Assembly (NCBI GenBank): GCA_040954595.2
Contig: CM082597.2
Span: 2,248,835-2,312,834, forward strand
Direction: 5' to 3'
DNA: 64,000 nt
DNA from: Balanoglossus misakiensis
Taxonomy: Eukaryota; Animalia; Hemichordata
Shown: positions 55,306 to 64,000 of the stretch, one piece after another
How positions within the stretch are numbered: position 1 is the stretch's first letter
How the letters are laid out: the number at the start of each line of letters is the position of its first letter
Notes under the pieces: model-generated
What the model saw: the letters and a program-made list of their open reading frames with translations, nothing else
What the model was told of the DNA's origin: nothing
Database searches by the model: none
Made by a program: the position numbers and the translations under genes

Positions 55306-56329
55306 TTGGCATGTGCAGCACATCTTGAATGGAAAGTGTTCTATTATTTCTCATCAGTCAACGACCAAGAGGTCGTTGACTGGAGTCCTTCTTGAGATGC
55401 CGTCTGACTCATGAACTCTGTTGGTGTGAGAAATTGTGTAACTCATCAATTATAAAATCTGTTTCAATGATGTAACTATGATTCATAGATTCAATTAGGA
55501 AGAGATCAATAAACGTACTTGGAGTGACTTGAAACACTAGACTTTCACTCTCAGGGCAATTAATCCAATAAACTGATATATAAATGCAGATCACTAGCAA
55601 CTCGTGAATAAGCATAATTCAAGCGTTGGTAATCTCATGAACAGGATGAACCATCACTAACATTGAAACTAAATTCATTCTGTCTTCGTATGGCCTACAG
55701 AAAGATGTAATGTACCCTTGAGGGGAAAATTTACATAAAAGAACACGTATCTGTCAATCGGCCTTTGAGTATAACTGAAACAGAAAAAAAGATGCTTTTA
55801 AAAATTGTTTGGATACATGCATGGAAGCCCCATACATTGTACAAGTTACGATCTTTGCGTAAATGCCTTGCATCTGTTGTGTAACTATATGTCAGTATTA
55901 TGCTCATATCAGCTGTTGCAACTTGCACTTGTCGAAAATTTGCAAGTATTGGAAAACGTACGGTAACATGGCATGCTCTACAACATCACTTGTTTGACCC
56001 TCAGAACTTTTCCTCTTACGTCATTAGGTCTTTGACCGCTTGGTCACTCACTGTCCGAGTTGTCCTAATGTAACTATGATAATTTAAATAATTTTCTTGT
56101 CTTTTGAACAGGTGTAACCTTCTGGCAGCATAAAAGGTCACGTAGCTAATTTGTGATGGTAATGGCTGATCGGTCAGTGACCCTTGCTGCATGCGTTTCT
56201 GCTGTCGAATCCCCGACAGAAATAAATGATTTTTCTCTTTGGTGAATTGACATGATCATGGCTATGTGGAAGTGAAAGACTGCATTTACTGAGAGTAATA
56301 GCAGGTATTTCCGCAGAATTAGGGTATTA

Positions 56330-56371
56330 TCCGACATTGAGTGAATTTTGTCCGACATTGAGTGAATTTTG
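56330..56371. repeat. 21-bp tandem repeat, 2 copies (TCCGACATTGAGTGAATTTTG)
   Basis: Directly visible. Confidence 0.9.
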
Positions 56372-57269
56372 TTGAACATGGCAAAATTGCTCTAGATCAT
56401 TCTGTAATTGCTAAAGTTTGATTGTTACAGCACAGTTCAATTGGAAGTCTGACGATTTTTTGTTGTGTGCAGAATCTCTATTGGGTATTGGTAGCCTTGA
56501 CTGAACATATTATTTTCGAAAAATCTGCAACAAAGTGGCAGTAATGACTGGTACTGATAGGTACCTTTGAAATTGGGATATTATCCGACAGGGCGTATGC
56601 TTTCATGAATAGTTAACGTTTTCTATACAGTTCTCAAGTGCAACATTTAGGTCTTTGTCGATTTAGAAATCCTGCTGGTTTTGCGGAGACCTAATGCATC
56701 TTTTATCAGGTGTTATTTCGAATTCTGTGTTGGCTACAGTTTCATTTGTCAGATATATAATGAGCCACTGGTTTCTATGTGGTCTGTGGCGAGTGAATGT
56801 TGGATTTGGCAAGTGACAAACTTTACACTTCTACAAAACAAAACAAACAAAATAAAACGAAAACATTGCTGAAATCCACAGTGATGGCTTGTACAAGACT
56901 TCCTCACACGATGCCGGCCAAGTCTTCAGACGTCTCCCCTGTTCCCAGCTGATCACCACACGATATTGTCAACATCATTATCTGTTGTTTGCAAGTCACT
57001 GACACAGACCACGCTATTGATATCATTCCACAGTGACCACTTGCCTGGAAGACAAATATTATCGTAGAGCATGTCTACTCCCTGCGTTTTGTCCTCATGT
57101 CTTTTAATGAGGTAATCGGGATCTAATGGAGATTGACAAGACCCTGGTCACCCCAGTTATTGACTCGACTGTTGTTCTAACCCTCCAACTATTTTCTTAT
57201 AAGAAAATTCCCCAAAATGCTGAACAGTGGTTGGTCTTATGGTTCGTCTGTCTGTCACTCATATGCTGT

Positions 57270-57471
57270 CTTTTTCACTCCCTTTCCCTCCATATCCCCC
57301 TCACTCAACACACACATACTCCCCTTCCCTCTCTCTCTCGCTCTCTCCTTCCCCCCTCCCTCCCCTGTCTGTCCTCCCTCTTCCCTCCCCTCTCTTCACT
57401 CCCCCCCTCTCTGTCTCCATATCTCTCTTTCTCACTGTCCCCTCCCTTTCCTCGTCCCGTCTTCCCTCCCT
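57270..57471. repeat. About 200-bp C/T-rich low-complexity tract
   Basis: Almost purine-free on the plus strand. Confidence 0.85.
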
Positions 57472-60016
57472 GACTTTGATCCTTTACAATATAATGCTTT
57501 GTAACGGATCACGCATACACAAGTCTCGGCACGGAAAATTCAAATGGTTTGACCTACATGTACACACCTAATATCAGTCAGCTAACAGAACTTCAGAAGG
57601 ATGATTTTTCTGTATCAGGTCAGAGGTCTAATTTTAGCTCAGTGTAGCTGAGTCACTGACTATAAAAGTACAGTGATGTATTTTTGTCCCCTCTGCAGAG
57701 TCAGTTCTGCTGTATAATTTTGCAATTTGTCTTTCTGTGTAGTTTCATTTGGGTTGGAGGTTTGTTCGGTGAAGAAGTGTCCAGTGGAGGTCCAACTTCG
57801 TCATAGAGAGAGAGGGAGAGAGAGAGACGCACCCGAATCATAACAAACAGAAACTGTTAAATGAAGCTGTATGCTCCGAACAGATGAAGGAAAGGTGATC
57901 TGATGTAGCAAATCAAAAAGCCAAATATAGCATCAGTGTATGAAAAGAGCTAAATGGGTTTGTGTTGTCAGAGGATTGAATTGCACAATCTGTGAACTGC
58001 ATTAACTGGGGGGAAAGTTCACCGAAGTTCAGAGCGATCAATAGCTGTAAAAAAGTGCTGTGAACTCGCCCTCAGTTTGACCTTGAAAGAGGGCTGCTCA
58101 ACTTGTCACCTCTTCTAGTGCAGCAATCAATACAATTGTAGAACATGTACACAGAGACAGCCAGTGCTTTAGATTAATCGCGACGGCTGTGGTTTTGATG
58201 CCGTGTTTTCGATCAGTCATTGCAGAAACTTGACAGCAGTTGCTTTTATCTTTATCTGTGACATGTCTCAGTGGAGGCCAGTGATTGCATCGGTGCTTGA
58301 AAGTCGACTCTGTATGTAGACGCCGTTTTTAGCAGCGAAGCAAGCCCCCACACCATGCGACACTTCAAACAAGTAGGCTTTAAACGGACCTGCGAAATCC
58401 GCGCGGAGAGTGGCGCATGAACGTGGGTGCGCGTCCTTGTAAGTCTCGGCGATAAACAAGTCGCCAGGTGGATCTATTCTGTGGTGCAACTCCTAATTCC
58501 AGTGATCCGCACCTCCTGAAGTCGATTGACTCCTTGCCAGCGAATACCCAGGGATTTGTTGCAATAACAAGCACTCCATAAACACAGCCCGGCTATTGAT
58601 GATGGCTACTCCCTGACCCACATGTGAACTCACAAGTCACAAGATTTGGCTCTATCGCCAAAAGTAGCCAATTCTGTTCAACTTCTCTTTGACAAACATC
58701 CTTTGCCCTTGTTGACATCCCCACAGAATAAAATCATATTCTAAATACCATGTCGGTGTAGATATTCAGCAAACGTCATTGGCTGTGTTGACATACAAGT
58801 CGCATAACTGTATTTTGTGTTTCACGCCATTGAATAGCTCGAACTTTTAATGATGTTGTTTCCTTCAAAATTACGAGATAGGGAGGGTGCCCTCTAGCAG
58901 AGATATAAGAATTTAAGACCTTTGCGAACATGTCCTTGAAGTTGGCCCTGTAGTATTTCTGGGAAGTGTCGTCGTACCCTTGAGAATTTATCCTTTGCGT
59001 GGCCAATAGTTTGAAACGAATAGTGTCCATTGCGTGTTAGCGTGACTGAAAACAACATTCTTTGAAAGCACACCAGGAAATGAACTCGGGGCAAAAACCT
59101 TTCTCGCCAAACACACCTGTGAAAATGCTGCAATTTGAAGTAGGCTTGATCGAATTGAAGGGTGCTTTGCCAAGATTTTTGAACAGCGAGGACAGAAAAC
59201 AACCTGAAGTGAATAAATGGTGGTTTTAACTTACAAAGGACTATTTCACGTACAGCTGCGTTGGTGTCTTATATATGAGTGTTTTTGATTGTATGCGTAG
59301 AGGTTATAGGAATGTTCGTGGGTTGCTATGTCAATCATACAATCTCCAATGCTACATCTGTGTTTGTATGGCGAGCAAATACGGACTGAGAATGAAAGAT
59401 GGCCTCTGTCCAGAATACATGTATGCCGTTGGTGCAAGAATATTTGAGTTTGATCACACCCACAAAGTCTCGCACCCGTCCAAGTTTTTGCCAGATCCAC
59501 ACAGGTGCTTATAATCACAGCCCTGGTGGTCGTTATTTTGACAGTTGGCCTTTTGTGCAGTGGGAGGGAATTACGGTCAAGAGAGTCTTTGCATACAAAG
59601 GGTGCCCTCTTCATTTTTTTTGGAAGCGATCGCCTTGAATGCCCTGAAGGTGGTGTGACCTCTGCATGGGAAAGCAAACGGTCATCTCCGCCTACTTTCA
59701 ATGGGTTTCCGATTCAACATATGAACATGTGAGTGGTTGAATGCTCTTTTCGCAGTCATTGGGAGGTCTCTGTTTGTGATGGTGGATCTCCTTGATGGGG
59801 GGACATTGTCTGTGACACTGATTCTAAAACATTGTGAAGGCCAGTGAGAATGAGATTCACCTAGAGAGAAACCCTGGTGTTTACATTGCGTATCAAAAGA
59901 GGATTTGGAAGGCCATGGGAAAATCCTTAAAGGGCTGGTGTTATCCCGACTGCAGGTGCGAGAATGGGTCCCATGCACAGCAAGTCACAGTGGACACAAA
60001 GTGTAACTGTTACTAT

Positions 60017-60210
60017 GTTACTTTGTATTACACTGTAGTGTAACTGCTACAATGTACATCATTGCAAACAATGTGGTTGTTACTTTGTATTACATTGTAG
60101 TGTAACTGCTACAATGTACATCATTGCAAACAATGTGGGTGTTACTTTGTATTACACTGTACTGTAACAGCTACAATGTACATCATTGCAAACAATGTAC
60201 TTGTTACTTT
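60017..60210. repeat. 62-bp minisatellite, about 3.1 copies
   Basis: Units start at 60017, 60079, 60141 and 60203 (gttactttgtattacactgtagtgtaactgctacaatgtacatcattgcaaacaatgtgg..). Confidence 0.93.
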
Positions 60211-61098
60211 TTATATCATAGCAAAGGATGGATTGTTACTTTTTATCACAGGGCCTCCCTAAACAGTGGGAACAATGGTGATGGCACATGTTTATATACA
60301 GAAAAGTTGCACATGTGCAGTTCAAATGACACTAGTCCTTTAAAATCAAATAAATTGTAAAGGTGTAGTGTGTATACAAATGTTCGGAATTTCATTAGAA
60401 ACAAGTAAAAGGATGTCAGTTTTGAAGCAACCACAGGATTTTCCTCCAAGGGTTAAGAGACCCTTGTCCCCAGTAATGTACCAAATTAGATTTGACATCA
60501 GCTAAGTAGAAAACATCTCCCACCAATCGTAGGGATTTCCCCCCGGCCCACTTTGAGATGCTTTTAGTGGAAGACTTCCAGTGATGAGAACAGCTGAAGT
60601 GAAGGTCAGGCTCGACAGCTGATGTACAAATACCTAGTGACCTACTCAGCAAATCCCTCTTTTCATTTTCATTGTGCCAGTGTAAAAAAATATTGATTGG
60701 TATCTGTGCGAGTAGAGTGGCACAGTTTTGTTTTGTTTTAGCGTGATTTATTTTGTTTTGTGTTGGAGATTAGTAGTAATTGTTCATTACTATTGTTGGG
60801 TCAAATAGTATGATCTATCATCTAGTGCCAAGTTGTGGGGGCTAAACTCTGATTGGCAGAACTTTGCTTTTGATCTGTCCTGTCGCTTATCAGGTCCCTG
60901 GTAACTGATTCAGGATTACTGTTAACCTTGTCTAGGTGGTCACAGATGGTTGATTTGCAACAGCAGTCTGTCAGTTTCAATTTTTGTTTGATTCAAGGAC
61001 ACCCCCGAAGTCTTGTCATTGTTAATGAGTTAAATGTACCCTTTGCGTCTACTGCCCTCAATACAGTATACACATACCTACATAGTGCTATGGATTGT

Positions 61099-61183
61099 TT
61101 TACCCTTTCACCACCGTGGTTTAGTCCAAATCCATTGTTTTCTTTGAAAAATTGGACCTTTTTACAGGGAATTGGGGGTAGAA
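61099..61183. mobile_element. Diverged copy of the same TTAA MITE
   Basis: ttaccctttcaccaccgtggtttagtccaaatccattgttttc...gggaattgggggta aligns with the reverse complement of 50940-51033. Confidence 0.65.
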
Positions 61184-62769
61184 CGTCCAAGCCAGGCAGT
61201 GAAACAAACACACTTACACACACACAAACCCCTCTGGGTAGAACGCACTGCACTTCATTTCCTACATATCTAGGCACCGGTTGCCAAGGTTACCAGACAG
61301 GAGCGAAAACACCGGCCAGTTTCTCTTGTACTAGACATGAGCTCTGTTGACTTAACAATTGAATTAACTCGCGAATTTACTCAGAGAGAATGAGCTAAAT
61401 AAAAAAGCATGTCGCAGAAGTTAGCCAAACGGAACCCCTCCCTGGTGAATTTTCTTTCAAGTGGTCTTCTCAAATTTGTCTCTTGGAAATTGTGCCAAGC
61501 ATTAATTTTTTGTCAATTTTTCAGTTGTGGTGGGAATTGCCGGACATTGCTTGTCACATTTACATGTCAGTATGAATTCACATTCTAGTCATGAAGTTCT
61601 TGTTGGCAAATACTGTCTTACTGGTACATTTTACAGTTCCATTCCCCCTCTTCTGTGATTTGTACACTTTTTAATGTCCTTTCTTTGCAAAAGCCACTTA
61701 TTTTATACAACTGGTGCATTATTTATGTCCGAGCGGCCATAAACAAAGATGATGTCAAGGCCGGCTGCCAAGGTTACATCCATTTGACATACAGGGCTAT
61801 TCATTACACGCAGAACGTGGAGATGATACACTGTGTAATGTATATACAATGAAGTGAGAGTTTTTTTGCCATCATGGTCTTTTATCTTATGGTCTAATAA
61901 TGTTAGATAAGGCATATTGTTGTTACTGTATTTCATTGATAATATACTTCCTGAAGCGTTTTGAAAAATGATTCCAGTCACTGACCTAACCGTAATGTCC
62001 TGTTATCTGTGTTATTATTGTTGAAGAATGGATCTGTATTCATTTTGACAACTTGTTATGTGGACATTGTGAGTTCATTATCATCTTTGAATAGAGTGTC
62101 AAACGTGAGTGGTTTCATGAATAAGCACCTCATTAGCTAGGCTAGGCCCCCCTGCAAAATCATTAGAATTGTGAAGAAAAAAAAACTACGGAGACATGAT
62201 ATTGTAGGGTCACAACTCCCCGAAAAAAAAATTAAAAGAAAATTAAATTGTCTACCGCTGTGCAGATATTACTAAAGCACAGAGAAATAAAATGCAAAGT
62301 GACTGCAACTGAGACGTGAGTGTTTCTGTCGTAAATGTCAAATCACGGTTGTGGAGGATATCTTTGCAATAAAATTTTGTGAACGCATAAAAATATTAGG
62401 CAGATGATGCCAAAGAAAAGCGATGTGACTCGGGTGATTTTTTATTGATGATAAATCCTGTTTATGGCATGAATTTGAAATGGAAAAAAGGGTCAAATTT
62501 TTGATGGTGTTGGGGTAATCAGTTAATGTGATTGGTGATACAGTTTCGTTTATTTTGTATGGTTGAAATTGTCGTGGTGAAGTCGTGGACGTAAATTGCT
62601 TTTGAATTGTTTGGTTGGTGAGATTTTCAGTGATGGGGTTGGTAGCTGAATTGTGTTTGGCAAACTGGGACTGAGATGAGGACTGGTGTCTATGGGAGTG
62701 GCCGTCGTTGCCGTAGATTGATGGGATGCGATAATGATATGCGCAGACTAAGCCACTCAAAAGCGGAGA

Positions 62770-62960
62770 GGAAGGTCCCCGCCCACTTCTATTCAGGGCC
62801 CCATTACGTATGTCGGGCCGAGTGAGGCAGGCACAGGTCAGCTGATAGCAGCCCTAGCCGTGCAACAGCTCTGCTGATTGGCCGAGTCCATCAGGGGCTT
62901 CTCGTGCTGGCCAATCAGGAGAGGCGTAACGCGGCGCCGGGGTACGTGATTAGAGCACTA
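62770..62960. promoter_or_regulatory. Promoter-like CpG-rich element with a GC box and two inverted CCAAT boxes
   Basis: CCCCGCCC at about 62777, CTGATTGGCC at about 62874 and GGCCAATCAG at about 62909. Confidence 0.55.
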
Positions 62961-64000
62961 TGTATGCAATGCAGTCTAAGGCGTACTGGTGAACACAGTA
63001 GGATTGTATTTTTTTTCTCCCCTGTCACTGCCTCTGTCCTGTCTGTGTGTATGTGTTCCGCGATGAAGAATGGAATTGTCACTGCCTCACTACCCACCAG
63101 TGGGTTCCGGATCTTAATACTGGGAACAGCCAACTAGACACCGCCCGGAATCGTCCCCAGGATTTACTTTTAAAAAAAAAGATACATTGGTGGACCCAGG
63201 AACACATACACAAGTCGCTACAATTCTGGTCGGAAAGGGGGGTTGTTTCGTTCACCGATGGTCTTCCGGCAGAAGATCGCCACTCAGGATATGTCTTCCA
63301 GTTGCCGGGTTCTCTGGGTTAAACGTGATATGGTTCCCTATATTCCGGAGGAGAAAGCCGGCAAGCAAAGGACCATGAAACGTATGTATTTAATTGAGTC
63401 CTTGTCTTTCTGGCCTTCCCTATTGAACATGTGTGAATACACCCGTCCACTGTTAGTGGCCAACCGGCTGTCTGGTCTGGTTAAACGCAGACAGAGACTA
63501 GACTGGCTGGGCGGTGAGAGATGACAGCCCCAAAACAAACCATTTCCCCTCTTGTCTCCCTGCTACCCCAGTCCAGTCTGAATATAAAATCACTGAGGAT
63601 TTTACCCAGGCTGGTATCAGCCCTGTGACGGCTTGTTTTGGTGGCGAAATGTTGAAAACAAGCTAGCTGTCCCGGTACACAGACAACAGCTAGGTTGTCG
63701 GCTAGCCGGCATGTCAACATGTAAATTCTAAAAAGCCATATAATATCTCCCTGTCATATCACACCCCAGTCGACATTCCCTCACGGATACATCTGTATCT
63801 GCATTCTGTTTGATAATATTTTTTTTTCTCTTTCACGTTGCGTCACAGTTGTGATGTCACATCAAAACATAGGGCTGTGGTTCTTTGACAAGGGGGGCAA
63901 ACACTGCAGAACGGCAGCGGCCACAGTGCCAGTGTTCAGGGACTTGTCTTAATAGTCTCGCTGTGCCATTCATTACCGCTGACCCCCCAGTGTCAGTCTG

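Noticed and set aside
55069-55395. 108-aa ORF with ISIETAS x3
   Set aside because: The peptide repeat comes from a near-perfect 21-bp DNA tandem, with no splice or homology support.
58610-58650. Resemblance to miR-125 (tccctga...tcacaagtca)
   Set aside because: The seed and mature sequence do not match, and there is no precursor hairpin. I also did not spot let-7 or miR-100.
60017-60210. CRISPR-like array
   Set aside because: The units are contiguous near-identical repeats with no unique spacers, the context is eukaryotic, and there are no cas genes.

Overview
Eukaryotic (metazoan) genomic DNA, not prokaryotic. Intron style and repeat families suggest a marine invertebrate deuterostome such as a hemichordate; this is an inference. 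Most six-frame ORFs are spurious. Three intact spliced housekeeping genes could be assembled by hand with phase-consistent GT-AG junctions. DDX6/Me31B is on the minus strand (9 coding exons, 448 aa). UFC1 is on the plus strand, head-to-head with DDX6 (4 exons, 171 aa). Fibrillarin is on the plus strand (10 exons, 321 aa, including an 18-nt microexon). There is also a single-coding-exon 689-aa low-complexity orphan ORF (minus strand) with RPxSS(Y/H)GR repeats, several short non-autonomous DNA-transposon copies, and micro/minisatellites. The flanks (1-21 kb and 49-64 kb) are mostly non-coding, with promoter-like patches and isolated splice sites of unidentified genes. The best leads are a candidate poison-exon/microexon splice switch beside a C/D-box-like element in fibrillarin intron 1, a predicted NMD-distance intron in the DDX6 3' UTR, the orphan repeat protein, and a possible cryptic small-exon gene at 26.7-29.8 kb. 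None can be confirmed without RNA-seq or homology searches.
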